Positions 47,146-57,663 are shown, counted from the first letter of the stretch. The stretch: DNA of 64,000 nucleotides from an uncultured Gammaproteobacteria bacterium (GCA_964491475.1 CAZBFO010000004.1:67290-131289), one strand, 5' to 3'. Numbers and translations: made by a program. Notes: a model not told the origin generated them from the letters alone.

Positions 47146-47283
47146 AGGAAAAGGTATGAGCAATGCCTGCAGTATAACTTGCCTGCGAGGTCTTGGCCAT
47201 TCAACGCAAAAGCATTGACGTTTCGGCGTTTTTTTGCCAAGGTCGCAACGTTGATCTTTCTCGTCAACGGAAGGAGAAAAAGG

Positions 47284-48012
47284 ATGACGCAAAGGATTTT
47301 CAGGGCCGCATGGGCGGCCGCAGCGCTCGCGCTCATGTCGCCGCTGGCCTGCAGCTCGGACAAGGACACGCCGCCGGCACGGTTGGACCTGCTCTCGCAG
47401 GACATCGCCGACGGAACGCTCGCCCTGCACAAAGGCGACAGCTCGCTGGTGGGCGTCAACGCCTACGATGCCGACGGCAATCAGGTGACCGCCAAGTCGG
47501 GAGACTACAGCTGGATCTCGGAGGACCCGAAGGTGCTGACGGCCAAGACGCTGGGCAGCGCCGCGCTGATCCACGGCGAATCCGACTGGTTCGACACCGT
47601 CGCCCCGCCGCCTGATCCGGATGCCGGTGCGGACGGAGGTCCCGCGAAGAGCGACGCGCCTCCCCCGGAGGGCCACGAGCCCACGACGACGTTGCGTGTC
47701 GTCTATGGCACGGGCAACGGAGCGCCCGCGGCTTCCGTGAAGGTCGCCATCGTCATCGACGTCACCGGCCGCTGGCAGGCGAACGTCGACGGCGTCGGCT
47801 CGCAGCAGCTGACGCTCGACCAGCACGGACGCAACGTCAAAATGGTCGGCAGCGGCACCCAGGCCAGCGGCATCGTGACCGGCAACGGGTTCTCGCTGAA
47901 CCAGCAGGGGTTCGTCCTGCACGGCACCTTTTCCTCGCGGACGGACGTCGCCGGCACCTACACGGGCCCTGGCGGCGTTTCCGGCAACTGGAACGCGCAC
48001 AAGATTCAGTAG
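47284..48012 (+). CDS. hypothetical lipoprotein
   Basis: ATG 47284 with SD GGAAGGAGAAAAAGG; signal peptide with lipobox PLACS. Confidence 0.55.
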   Translation: MTQRIFRAAWAAAALALMSPLACSSDKDTPPARLDLLSQDIADGTLALHKGDSSLVGVNAYDADGNQVTAKSGDYSWISEDPKVLTAKTLGSAALIHGESDWFDTVAPPPDPDAGADGGPAKSDAPPPEGHEPTTTLRVVYGTGNGAPAASVKVAIVIDVTGRWQANVDGVGSQQLTLDQHGRNVKMVGSGTQASGIVTGNGFSLNQQGFVLHGTFSSRTDVAGTYTGPGGVSGNWNAHKIQ

Positions 48013-48148
48013 GCCGAAGCGCATCACGCCTCCCGACGTCCGTCGGGAGGCTTTTTCTTTATGCCCTTGACCGTTCAGGTTGTGTCGGTAGGTGAGCGCT
48101 GCTATCCTCAAAATAGGGTTCCTTTCACGCCTACAGGGAGTACATCCC

Positions 48149-49009
48149 ATGGCGCAAAACACTCGTCAGCTGTTCTTCGCGTTCGTCCTTCTCTGCGTTT
48201 CCCAGCTGGTGGGTTGTGGCGCCGCGGCACCGCAGGCGGCAGCGGCAGCAATGCCGGCCGCGCCCGCAAGCAACGCAGGAGAAATGGCTCGCTATCGCCT
48301 CAACAGCGACGCGACCTACCGCATCGACGTGATCTCCCCCGACGGTCACGGCCACGGTTCCGGCGTCGTGATCTCGACCGAGGGGTACATCCTCACGGTC
48401 AATCACGTCGTCGACCATCCGGGCAACCTGTCCATCATGGTCTCGGAGGGCCCTGGCCCGCCCAAGACCTACCCGCTCCGGGTCATTGCCACCGACAAGG
48501 TGCACGACCTGGCCGTGGTCAAGGTCGAGCGGCGCTTCGCGAATCCCGCGATTCTCGAGGACATCCGCAACGTGCACCCCGGCGACGAGGTGTACAACAT
48601 CGGCTACCCGTACGACTACGGCGAGATGGTCGCCCGCGGCCACGTGATGCGCCTGCACTACTCGATGCCCGAGGACGAGAACGACAAGAAGCTCCCGGCG
48701 GACCGGCGCATCTACGTGCGCGACATGATCCTCTCGGACTTCCTGGCGGGCCCCGGCACCTCCGGTTCCGGCATCTTCCTCTCGTCGAGCGGCAAGCTGG
48801 TCGGCGTGATGCGCCTGCTCATCTGGCAGGGCGGCGGATACGTCGCGATGACGACCCGAGCCCTGGTTCCCGTGAACCAGGTCGAGGACTTCCTGCGGCT
48901 GTACCGCATTCCCCACGTGACGTCGGACGGCACGGTGGCCACTTACCCGCCGCTGCCTCCGCCGGCGCCGCCGGCACCTTCCGTTCCCACGCTGCAGCCA
49001 CATAAGTGA
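48149..49009 (+). CDS. trypsin-like serine protease (S1 family, catalytic triad intact), secreted
   Basis: signal peptide and lipobox LVGCG; His in ILTVNHVV, Asp in DLAVVKV, Ser in GTSGSGIF; ATG 48149 with SD AGGGAG. Confidence 0.7.
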   Translation: MAQNTRQLFFAFVLLCVSQLVGCGAAAPQAAAAAMPAAPASNAGEMARYRLNSDATYRIDVISPDGHGHGSGVVISTEGYILTVNHVVDHPGNLSIMVSEGPGPPKTYPLRVIATDKVHDLAVVKVERRFANPAILEDIRNVHPGDEVYNIGYPYDYGEMVARGHVMRLHYSMPEDENDKKLPADRRIYVRDMILSDFLAGPGTSGSGIFLSSSGKLVGVMRLLIWQGGGYVAMTTRALVPVNQVEDFLRLYRIPHVTSDGTVATYPPLPPPAPPAPSVPTLQPHK

Positions 49010-49083
49010 CGGCAGCCCCCGCGGTCCGCTTATCGGACCGCCTTTTTTATTCCAGACGAAAAAGAGAGCGGCGCTCGCTCTCC

Positions 49084-50094
49084 TTATTCCACCCGCCAGC
49101 CTGTCGCCGCTTCCTTGATCCGGCCCGGCACGGTGAATCCGGCGGCCTTCTTGTGTCCGCCGCCGCCGAGCATCTTGGCCGGCAGCGATACGTCCGTATC
49201 GTCCGCGCTGCGGAAACTGCCCTTCACCTTGTTGCCCGGCACTTCCTTGAGGACCAGCACCGCCTTCGTATCCAAAAACTGATTCAGGAAGTTGGAAATG
49301 CCTTCCACATGCTCCTCCTCGACGCCTTCGGCGGCGACCTCGTGCTCGAAAATGGCAGTCGAGGAAACGCCCAGCTTCTCGTCGTGCTTGAGGCGCCCCA
49401 AAACGGTGCCCCACAGGCGCAACGACATCAGCGATTTGTTGCGCATCAGCTTGTTGGCGACCTCCTGGATTTTGCCGCCGCGCTTCACCAGATCGGATGC
49501 GGCGCCCAACGAAGTCCAGGTGGTCGCAGGGTTCGAGAAGTTGCCGGTATCGGTCAGGATGCCGGTGAGCAGGCAGGTGGAGATGGCGCGGTCGATGTCG
49601 GCGCCGGCGGTCTGCAGGAAGTCGTAGACCACTTCGGCCGTGGAAGACGCCGTGACGTCGAGGATGTTGATGTCGCCGTACCGCTCGTTGGTGGCGTGAT
49701 GATCAAAGTTGATGATGAACGGACGAGGAGACATCTTCGCCACCAAATCGGCGATGCCGGCGAAGCGGAGGTCGCCCGCGTCGAACACTGCCAGCACGTC
49801 GTGCTCGGGGTTTGCGAACACCGAAGGGTCGTTCGTGTAATGCTCCGTGCCCGGCATGTAGGCATACTGCTGCGGCACCTGGTCCTGGCAGTAACCGGTC
49901 ACTGGAATCCCCTCGCGCTGGCAAAAATTGTACATGGCGGCACCGGCACCGAGGGTGTCGCCGTCCGGTTTGGGATGCGAAACCGCCAGCACGCGTTTGG
50001 CGCGGCGGATGACATCGAGGGCGTTGCGGTGGAGATAGGCGATATCCATAAACGTTGAGCAAATCAACGTACCAACGCGACGCGACGCCGTCAA
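49084..50094 (-). CDS. nrnA: DHH-family phosphoesterase NrnA-like (oligoribonuclease/pAp phosphatase)
   Basis: DHH motif block HPKPDGDTLGAGAAM, DHH plus DHHA1 architecture; start may be ATG 50049. Confidence 0.8.
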   Translation of the reverse strand: MTASRRVGTLICSTFMDIAYLHRNALDVIRRAKRVLAVSHPKPDGDTLGAGAAMYNFCQREGIPVTGYCQDQVPQQYAYMPGTEHYTNDPSVFANPEHDVLAVFDAGDLRFAGIADLVAKMSPRPFIINFDHHATNERYGDINILDVTASSTAEVVYDFLQTAGADIDRAISTCLLTGILTDTGNFSNPATTWTSLGAASDLVKRGGKIQEVANKLMRNKSLMSLRLWGTVLGRLKHDEKLGVSSTAIFEHEVAAEGVEEEHVEGISNFLNQFLDTKAVLVLKEVPGNKVKGSFRSADDTDVSLPAKMLGGGGHKKAAGFTVPGRIKEAATGWRVE

Positions 50095-50187
50095 GGCGGC
50101 GCGCCCGCGAGTTGACCGTACCGCCGGGACGCGGAATGATAGCGGCGTTCTTTGGCAACGCCATTCGCGTAGAAAAAAGAGGCTTAC

Positions 50188-50916
50188 ATGCGCACCGCGT
50201 TTTTCGCCTTGCTGCTGCCGTTCTCCTTGAGCCTGTGCGACGATTCACCCACGCCCGTCGGCTCTCCTGCACCAGTGCAGCCCAAGCCGGCCGTCGCGGC
50301 GGAAACCGTCGAAACGGTGCTGCGCGTCGACATGGGCGGCAAGTATCGCGGCCCCGGCGTCGTCGTTTCCCCCGCCGGCTACGTGATCACGGCAGTCGAA
50401 AATCTGCCGGAGTACGTCTTCTGGAAGTACAGGGTGACCGTCGGCAGCGAGCGCGTTCCGGGGACCATCGTCGCCGTGGATGAACAGCTGGGCCTGGCGC
50501 TCATCCATGCCGACCGGCCGATCCGACTGTGCGCCACCTTCACTTCGCGCATCGATTTCAAGGCCGGCGACCCCGCTGTTGCCGTCGGCTATCTCGACTT
50601 CGACGGTGAGCCGCAGCTGGTGGAGCGGAGGCAGGTGCCCGCGACGATCGTCGAGGTCCATAAGCGCGGCGAGAGCGTCGGCCGTCTCGACTTGCGCGAC
50701 ATGACCACCGTTTCTCTCGAGCACGTCGAAGGGCGGCTGCACATCCTGGGCACAGGCGTCTTCTCGTCGAACCCCGACGCCTTCATCGGCATCATCGTCG
50801 GCACTTCCGAAAAGGCGTACGGGACGAGCACGCCCACTTCGCCGCTGTTCGTCGTCCCGTCGACCTCCGTGGCGACCTTCATGCGCCGTCACGGTACGGA
50901 ACCGAAAACGCAGTAG
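50188..50916 (+). CDS. trypsin-fold protein lacking the catalytic triad (pseudoprotease), lipoprotein
   Basis: aligns to the 48149 protease, but His is replaced (ITAVENL), Asp is replaced by Gly (GLALIHA) and there is no GxSGG serine motif; lipobox LSLC. Confidence 0.55.
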   Translation: MRTAFFALLLPFSLSLCDDSPTPVGSPAPVQPKPAVAAETVETVLRVDMGGKYRGPGVVVSPAGYVITAVENLPEYVFWKYRVTVGSERVPGTIVAVDEQLGLALIHADRPIRLCATFTSRIDFKAGDPAVAVGYLDFDGEPQLVERRQVPATIVEVHKRGESVGRLDLRDMTTVSLEHVEGRLHILGTGVFSSNPDAFIGIIVGTSEKAYGTSTPTSPLFVVPSTSVATFMRRHGTEPKTQ

Positions 50917-51034
50917 TTTCCCCCGACCGCACGCCTTCGTGCGGTTTTTCCTTAATTGACTTTCGTTCCCGGCGAGCCCAAAATGAGGCCGTTCTTTCCT
51001 TTCGCGCATCATTCGCCGAAATCAGGAGGATCCC

Positions 51035-51745
51035 ATGGGTTCCGCGAAACGTTTCCGGCTCCTAGCCTTCTTGGCCATTGTCTTTTTCGCCGCGCTGGTC
51101 GGTTCGCCGACCGGGCCGTCGACGGCTGCGGCCGAAGAACCGCCACCGATCACGTCCAAGGCCGACAAGGCCACCGTGCGCATCGACGCCAACGGCAATT
51201 ACGTCGGAGTAGGCGTCGTCGTTTCTGCCAGCGGACACGTGCTCACTTCCGTACAGGCCGCGGGCAGCTGGCGCTACGCCAAGTTCACCGTCGGCGACGC
51301 ACGCCTTCCCGCAAACGTGGTGGACTTCGACGAGAGCCACGGCTTGGCGCTGCTCAAGGCGGCCGCCCCTCTCCAGAACGCGCCTGTCACCCTGGCTTCG
51401 GCCCGTGCCGCAAAGAACTCCGCGGTGATGCTGATCTGCTATCGGCAGGTGTCGAGCGAACCGCCGATGATCTCTCGTCGCAAGGACACGGGCCTAGTCA
51501 CCGACCCGTCATACGGCGGCGAATCGTCGGGGACGCTCGACCTCCGCGACCTGGAAATCGTCCGCGTGCGCGGCCAAGAACAGATGTCGCCCTACGCGTA
51601 CGCCCCCGTCATCTCCGCGAAAACCGGAGAAATCGAGGGATTCGTCATTGGCAACATGCGCCGCTACGACGTCACCGACGTGCTGGTGATGCCGGCAAGC
51701 GTCATCAGGACGTTCCTTCAGGCGCAGAAGGTGCCTCTTCCGTGA
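51035..51745 (+). CDS. trypsin-fold protein lacking the catalytic triad (pseudoprotease), secreted
   Basis: paralog of 50188-50916: VLTSVQAA replaces the His block, GLALLKA replaces the Asp block, no Ser motif; signal peptide. Confidence 0.55.
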   Translation: MGSAKRFRLLAFLAIVFFAALVGSPTGPSTAAAEEPPPITSKADKATVRIDANGNYVGVGVVVSASGHVLTSVQAAGSWRYAKFTVGDARLPANVVDFDESHGLALLKAAAPLQNAPVTLASARAAKNSAVMLICYRQVSSEPPMISRRKDTGLVTDPSYGGESSGTLDLRDLEIVRVRGQEQMSPYAYAPVISAKTGEIEGFVIGNMRRYDVTDVLVMPASVIRTFLQAQKVPLP

Positions 51746-51841
51746 CCTTTCTCCCGCAACCGTTGCGGGTTTTTTATTGGGAAATCGGAGGTTGCGGTTG
51801 CCCGCCGGTTTGCTACACTTCGAGCAGAAATTCACCTCCCT

Positions 51842-54160
51842 ATGCATCTCCAAAAGCTCGAACTTGTCGGATTCAAGTCGTTTGCCGAAAAGGCCGAACT
51901 CGATTTTCTCTCGCCCGCCAACGGAGGCAAGGGCATTACCGCCGTAGTCGGCCCCAACGGTTCGGGCAAATCCAACGTCGCCGACGCCATCCGCTGGGTG
52001 CTGGGCGAGCAGTCGCTCAAGCTGCTCCGCGGCAAAAAGGCCGAGGACGTCATCTTTTCCGGTTCCGAAAAGCGCTCCCGCTCCGGCTTTGCCGAAGTCA
52101 CCCTCTACTTCAACAACGAGGACGGCAAAATGCCGGTCGACTTTTCGGAAGTGGCCATCTCCCGCCGCATTTACCGCGACGGCGACTCCGAATACCTCAT
52201 CAACAAGAACAAAGTCCGCCTTGCCGACATCCAGCTGCTCCTGGCCCAGTCCAACTTCGGCGCGCGCTCCTACTCGGTCATCGGCCAGGGCATGATCGAG
52301 GGTGTGCTCATTGCGACGCCCCAAGAGCGTAAGGAATTCTTCGACGAAGCCGCCGGCGTAAAGCAGTTCCAGCTCAAGCGCCACCAGTCGGTAATCAAGC
52401 TCGAAGCCACCCGCGAAAACCTGCAGCAGGCCGAAATGCTTTTGGCCGAAATCGAGCCCCGCATGCGCTCGCTCGCCCGCCAGGTGAAGCGCCTGGAGGA
52501 GCGCGGCAGCATCGAAGAAGAGCTGCACGCGCTCAAGCACCAGTACTACGGCAGCCTGTGGTTCGACCTCAAGAAGCAGATTGATGCCCGCGGCGCGACC
52601 GTGGCAAAGCTCGAAAAGGAATGGCGCGAAAAGGAGTCCACGCTCGATTCTGCCAAGGCCGAACTGTCCTCTTTGGAAATCGAAGAAACCGGCAGCGACG
52701 CCTTCTCCGCGCTCCAGGGCGACTACGAAAAGCTGCTCGAGGAGAAGAACCGCCTCCGCAGTGCCGAGATGACCGCGCGCGGCAAGATCGAAATAGCCGA
52801 ACAGGTGAAGAAGCGCGTGGCCGCTTCGGTGGCAGCTGCAAAAACCAGCATGCCGCTCTCCAAGATCATCGAGGAGATCGGCAGCGTCGCCAAGCGCCAG
52901 GACGCTTTGGTAGCCCGCGTGCGCTCTGCGAAGACGCTCGAAGCAGTGCAGGCGGTGTTGCCGGAATTGGAGAAGCTAACCGGCGACGTCGAAGCTCTGC
53001 GCGACCGTCTGGAACGCCCAGTGGCCGAGCCACAGGCCGAAAAGTCGGCGGCAGAACAGGAAACTGACCCGGCGCTGCTCAAGGAAGTCGCCGACCTCGT
53101 TGCGGGCATCTCCGCCCTCGACGTGAAGCTGCGCGAGGCCCAGTCCAAGCTCCAGACCTACAACCAAGGCGAGATGAAAAAGAAGGAAAAGTTCTTCTCC
53201 CTCCAGCGCACGCTGCAGGAGAAGATCAACGCCGCGCACCAGCTTGAACGCCGCCTTGGCGACGAGCGCGTGGAGCAGGCCCGCCTGGACACCCGCCGCG
53301 AGCAGCTCGAATCCGAAATGGCTGCCGAGCTCGGCGAAAAGGCCAAGCACGTCCGCGACAGCTTCACGCCCACCGACGACCCGGCCCAGCGCCCCGACGC
53401 CGTGCTCCCCCAGATGAACCGCCTCAAGTACCAGCTGCAGCTCATAGGCGGGATCGACCCGGAGGCGGTCAAGGAATACGAGGAGACCAAAGGCCGATTC
53501 GACTTCCTCGAAGGCCAGACCAGCGACCTTCGCAGGGCCATCGACGACTTGGACCGCGTCATCGCCGAACTCGACATCACCATCAAGGCCAAGTCCGAAT
53601 CGGCCTTCCGCCAACTGAACCGCGACTTCAACGACTACTTCAAGCAGCTGTTCGGCGGCGGTCATGCCGAATTGATCCAGCTCCGCGAAGAGCCGAAAGA
53701 TGAGGACGACGAAGGTGCGGTCGCCGAAGGCACACAGGAAAAAGACGAACCCAAAGCCCAGAAAAAGGCTTCGGACCACATCGTCGGCATCGACATCCAT
53801 GCCACTCCCCCGGGCAAGAAGATCAAGAACATCGCCATGCTCTCCGGCGGCGAGCGCGCCCTGATCTCCATCGCGCTCATCTGCGCCATCATGAACAGCA
53901 ACCCCTCGCCGTTCGTGGTGCTCGACGAAGTCGACGCCGCGCTTGACGAGTCCAACGCCGACAAGTTCGCCAGCATCATCGAGACCCTGGCCGAGAAGAC
54001 GCAGTTCATCGTCATCACCCACAACCGCTACACCATGCGCAAGGCCAACGTCCTCTACGGCGTGACCATGCGGCAGGACGGCACCTCGATGCTGCTCTCC
54101 ATCAACCTCGACGAGGTCGGCACGCTCGCGAACGCCAGCAAGGAGAAGATGACCGTCTAA
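51842..54160 (+). CDS. smc: SMC-family ATPase lacking a hinge domain (772 aa)
   Basis: SMC-specific N-terminal block LELVGFKSFAEK ... GPNGSGKSNVADAIRWVLGEQS and C-terminal block LSGGERALISIALICAIM ... VLDEVDAALDE ... FIVITH; about 450 aa of coiled coil with no glycine-rich hinge. Confidence 0.8.
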   Translation: MHLQKLELVGFKSFAEKAELDFLSPANGGKGITAVVGPNGSGKSNVADAIRWVLGEQSLKLLRGKKAEDVIFSGSEKRSRSGFAEVTLYFNNEDGKMPVDFSEVAISRRIYRDGDSEYLINKNKVRLADIQLLLAQSNFGARSYSVIGQGMIEGVLIATPQERKEFFDEAAGVKQFQLKRHQSVIKLEATRENLQQAEMLLAEIEPRMRSLARQVKRLEERGSIEEELHALKHQYYGSLWFDLKKQIDARGATVAKLEKEWREKESTLDSAKAELSSLEIEETGSDAFSALQGDYEKLLEEKNRLRSAEMTARGKIEIAEQVKKRVAASVAAAKTSMPLSKIIEEIGSVAKRQDALVARVRSAKTLEAVQAVLPELEKLTGDVEALRDRLERPVAEPQAEKSAAEQETDPALLKEVADLVAGISALDVKLREAQSKLQTYNQGEMKKKEKFFSLQRTLQEKINAAHQLERRLGDERVEQARLDTRREQLESEMAAELGEKAKHVRDSFTPTDDPAQRPDAVLPQMNRLKYQLQLIGGIDPEAVKEYEETKGRFDFLEGQTSDLRRAIDDLDRVIAELDITIKAKSESAFRQLNRDFNDYFKQLFGGGHAELIQLREEPKDEDDEGAVAEGTQEKDEPKAQKKASDHIVGIDIHATPPGKKIKNIAMLSGGERALISIALICAIMNSNPSPFVVLDEVDAALDESNADKFASIIETLAEKTQFIVITHNRYTMRKANVLYGVTMRQDGTSMLLSINLDEVGTLANASKEKMTV

Positions 54161-54182
54161 GCGGACGTAATCGAAAAGCTCT

Positions 54183-54416
54183 ATGAACCAATATTATTCG
54201 GCCTTCGGAGGCGGCCACTACTGGGCGGTCGGCCTGCTCCTGATGTGGGCGCTCCCCTGGAAAGCCTGGTCGATGTGGATCGCGGCCAAGCAGAACCAGA
54301 AGATCTGGTTCATCGCGCTGCTGGCGGTCAACACCGCCGGCCTGCTCGAGATCCTGTACATCTTCGTCTTCAGCAAGCATTACGCCAAACCCAAGACGGG
54401 CGGCCAAAAGGAGTAA
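54183..54416 (+). CDS. small two-TM membrane protein
   Basis: 77 aa, two hydrophobic helices rich in W; weak SD; followed by a hairpin terminator. Confidence 0.4.
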   Translation: MNQYYSAFGGGHYWAVGLLLMWALPWKAWSMWIAAKQNQKIWFIALLAVNTAGLLEILYIFVFSKHYAKPKTGGQKE

Positions 54417-54535
54417 AAGCGAGAACGGCCTGCGGGCCGTTTTTGCTTTGGGATGTCGTGACGATCGACTCCGGAAAAAGAAAAACGGCCCGACAAATGT
54501 CGGGCCGCGAGTGACGCCGCGGCGTCCGTGACGTA

Positions 54536-55234
54536 TCAGGCCGGCGCGCCGCCCGCCTTCTTCTTCATCTGCTCGATGAGCGCCTTGGCCTTGGCCGCAC
54601 GGACCGCGTCCGCGCTGCTGCCGCCGCTGGTGCTGGCGAGCGCCTCGTTGAGCCGCTCGTCCTGCACCGCGCCTTCGCGCTTCATGCGGGCCGCGATGTC
54701 GTCGACCGAGACGGCGCCGGCGCCGTTCGAGAGCGCCGCCACCTGCGTCAGCGCGTCCGCCGCGTTCTTCTTGGCGTTGGACGTGCGCTGCATGTTCTCG
54801 AGCCGGTTGATGTTGCGAATCAGCTCGGTCTTCTTGGCAGACAGCTTGTTGCTGGCCTCGGCCATGCCATCGGCGACCTTCTTGGCGTCGGCCAGCGCCT
54901 GTTCCTGCTCCGCGAGCGTCTCCTGCAAGGTGACGACCTCCTCCATCAGCGTGGTGGCCACGTTGTCGTTGGACGGATCATCGTCGCTGAGGAGCATCTG
55001 CGCGTTGGCGGTGTTCTCGTCGATGCGGTGCTTGGTGCCGTCGACCGCCGCCTGCGCCATGCCGACGTCGGCCCGTGCCGCCGCCGCATGGCGCTTCAGG
55101 TTGTTGGACTCGTCCTCGATCTTCCGCACCTGCTCCTTGCAGGCCCCGACGCTGTCGAGGTCGATGGCTGCGTCGAGCAGAGCGTGGATGTTGGAACCGA
55201 TGAGGGTGCTGATCTTGTCGAAGATTCCGGCCAT
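54536..55234 (-). CDS. pspA: PspA/IM30 (Vipp1) family protein
   Basis: N-terminus MAGIFDKISTLIGSNIHALLDAAID matches the PspA/IM30 amphipathic helix and first coiled coil; about 230 aa all-helical; terminator downstream. Confidence 0.8.
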   Translation of the reverse strand: MAGIFDKISTLIGSNIHALLDAAIDLDSVGACKEQVRKIEDESNNLKRHAAAARADVGMAQAAVDGTKHRIDENTANAQMLLSDDDPSNDNVATTLMEEVVTLQETLAEQEQALADAKKVADGMAEASNKLSAKKTELIRNINRLENMQRTSNAKKNAADALTQVAALSNGAGAVSVDDIAARMKREGAVQDERLNEALASTSGGSSADAVRAAKAKALIEQMKKKAGGAPA

Positions 55235-55300
55235 GGTGTCTCTCCTGTTTCTTTCGTGTTCGTTTTCGTTTTCGTTTCGGGGTTTCGTGTCCGGTCGGGT

Positions 55301-57592
55301 TCAGAGGTCGTCGTTGCTGCCGTCGTTTCCTCCGCCCGACGAGTCGTCGGAGCTGCCCAAGTCGTCGCTGCCGCCCATGAGTCCGCCACCGCCGCTGTCC
55401 AAGTCGGACGAGGGGGAGGTGTAGGAGCTCGAGTCGTCAGTGCCTCCGTCGAGGCTGTCGTCGCCGCCCATCAGTCCGCCGCGGGACTGCTGCGGGTAGC
55501 CGAGCGACGAGTTGTCGTTTCCGTTGTTGCGCGAGCCGATGGCCGCGCCGACAGCCACCCCGCCCGCAAAGGCGATGGAGGCGTCGACTGCCGCCCGTTG
55601 GCGCGCAGCTTCTTCGTCGATACGACGACGTTCCGCAGCCGATTCGACCGCCGCCGCTGCCTGGGCGCGCATCTGCACGTTGTGTGCCGCGTCGCCGCGT
55701 GCGCTCTGCAGCACGTCGGCGGCCACCTTCGTGGCGACCTCGGCTGCAGAGACCAGTGCCAGATAGTCCGGCTTGGTCGTCCTTCGTACGGTTTCTTCGG
55801 CCGGCAGCTTGGCCTCGGCATCGCGGAGCTGCTGCAGGAGGTTGCCCTCCAGCACGTCCTCGATATCCGCGGCGTTCGCGGCGATGAAGCGGTTGGCTTC
55901 TGCCACGGCCGCACGTGCGGACGCAAGCTTGGCGGGCGTTTCGGCCTTGGCGGCCTGAAGCCTCTGCCTCGTCGCCGTGAGGGCAGTCAGGTACCCGGCG
56001 GCCTTGGCAAGCCGTTCTTCGGCGTCGCCGAGGAACTGCTCCGCGCCCTTCCAGTCCTGCTGCTCCATGCCGACCGACTTGGTCGCGGCGTCGCAGCTTT
56101 GCGTCGCCGACTCCGCCCCGGAGGCGGCGTTGGCGACGTTGTTCCGGACGGATTCCCAGGACGTCGACACGAATCCGCTTTGGATCGCGGCGAAGTCCTT
56201 CTTGCCCGTTTCGATGTCCGCTGCGGTAGAGGCGATGCTCGCCTTCACCCTGGCGATACGGGCCTCGATGGCCTGCTTGCGCGAGACCAGACCCTTGGCG
56301 TCGGCACCGGCCTTCTTGGCCTTCACCGAACCGGAGCTGCAGGTGGTGGTTGCCGCGGCCGCTCGGCCTTCGCCGATTGCCGCAGTAGCCGTCTCCTGGT
56401 CCGCAATCGCTTCTGCCAACGCGGATTCCAGATCACCGGTCTTGAAACCGGCTTTCTGCACCTCGGCGATGTCCGCTGCCGCCGCCTCGATGTCCTTGCC
56501 CAGCTTCTCTAATGCGGGCTTGGCCTGATCGGCCGCCCGCTTGATCTCGCCGAGCTTGTTGTCGAGCGCGGTCTGGCTGCGCTTGGCGTCGTCGAGCCCG
56601 TTGAGCAGCTTGTCGTACGACTTCTCGATCGACTCATACTCTTGGACCGACTTGCCGTCATCGTCGGGATTCGACGATTGCGACAGCCTGCCGTACTGCT
56701 TGGTCGCCTCTGCCGAGCGCGTCTTGAGCGCGTTCAGCAGCGCGGTGAGCGAACGGGCATCATCCGGCGAACAGCCCTTCGATGCCGCAGTCACCTTGGC
56801 TTCCAGCACGGTCATTGCCGTGGGGCTGAAAGCCTCGATTTCCGTGGCGCACGACGTGGCCTTGTTCTTGGCGTTCTGCTGCGCGGCCTTGGCTTCCGCC
56901 TTGGACCGCCGCACGAAGAAGAAGGCGATGCCTCCTCCTGCCAGCACCAGAATGCCGAGGAACACCCACAGCCCTGCCGACGAACCGCCCGAAGACGGCG
57001 CCGGAGTGACGACAGTGGGTGCCGGAACGGGAGCGGGCACCGGCACGACAGGAATCGGCGCGGGCCGCGGCGCGACCTGCGTCGGGGCCGGCGGCTGCAC
57101 CGCGACGGGAGACCCGCCGAGCGCGCCGCTGATGCCGTTCAGTCCGCCGACTGCCGCGCCGGAGTAATCCCCGACGTTGAAGCGCGGACCGATCTGACTG
57201 GTCTTGATGCCCTGCCACTGCGCGTTGAGCCGGTTTTGGAACCGGCTGCCGGCATAGACGTTGGCTTTTCCCTTGTTGGTCGCGGGGTCGCGGTACAGGA
57301 CGAACACGAGCAGGTCGCTGCGTGCCGCCGAACCGCTCTTCCACGACTGACAAGGGCGAATCATCCCGGGGATGTCTTCGTAGGTGGCCAGCGATGCGGT
57401 GGTGCGCACGCGCACGAACGCGCCTTGCGCCGCGAGCCTCTGGGCCGCGGCGGCGACGGAATCGCCGCTGCTTCCGAAAAGCCCGGCATCGTCACCGACG
57501 ACCTGGTCGCAGGTAGCCGCCCGTGCGGTCCCGGCGAAGCAAAGCGCGGTGACCAGCATGGCCATCGCCGCGAGCAATTGTCCTAGTTTCAT
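55301..57592 (-). CDS. TPM-domain (TLP18.3/Psb32/MOLO-1) membrane protein with long coiled coil and Gly/Ser/Asp-rich C-terminus
   Basis: ATG 57592 with SD AGGAGAG gives a signal peptide; TPM-like domain (LFGSSGDSVAAAAQRLAAQGAFVRVRTT); Pro-rich linker, TM helix, about 400 aa of Ala-rich coiled coil; the listed ORF start 57817 is over-extended. Confidence 0.65.
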   Translation of the reverse strand: MKLGQLLAAMAMLVTALCFAGTARAATCDQVVGDDAGLFGSSGDSVAAAAQRLAAQGAFVRVRTTASLATYEDIPGMIRPCQSWKSGSAARSDLLVFVLYRDPATNKGKANVYAGSRFQNRLNAQWQGIKTSQIGPRFNVGDYSGAAVGGLNGISGALGGSPVAVQPPAPTQVAPRPAPIPVVPVPAPVPAPTVVTPAPSSGGSSAGLWVFLGILVLAGGGIAFFFVRRSKAEAKAAQQNAKNKATSCATEIEAFSPTAMTVLEAKVTAASKGCSPDDARSLTALLNALKTRSAEATKQYGRLSQSSNPDDDGKSVQEYESIEKSYDKLLNGLDDAKRSQTALDNKLGEIKRAADQAKPALEKLGKDIEAAAADIAEVQKAGFKTGDLESALAEAIADQETATAAIGEGRAAAATTTCSSGSVKAKKAGADAKGLVSRKQAIEARIARVKASIASTAADIETGKKDFAAIQSGFVSTSWESVRNNVANAASGAESATQSCDAATKSVGMEQQDWKGAEQFLGDAEERLAKAAGYLTALTATRQRLQAAKAETPAKLASARAAVAEANRFIAANAADIEDVLEGNLLQQLRDAEAKLPAEETVRRTTKPDYLALVSAAEVATKVAADVLQSARGDAAHNVQMRAQAAAAVESAAERRRIDEEAARQRAAVDASIAFAGGVAVGAAIGSRNNGNDNSSLGYPQQSRGGLMGGDDSLDGGTDDSSSYTSPSSDLDSGGGGLMGGSDDLGSSDDSSGGGNDGSNDDL

Positions 57593-57663
57593 CGTTTCAA
57601 TCTCTCCTGTTTGCGTTGTCAACGACCGTTTCAGCGCCAGAGGCCTGTGCCACGTAGCACAGA

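Noticed and set aside
46543-48162. 539-aa ORF listed for the clpP locus
   Set aside because: The upstream 339 codons are R/G/A-rich and overlap the lipoprotein gene on the other strand. ClpP homology starts at ATG 47145.
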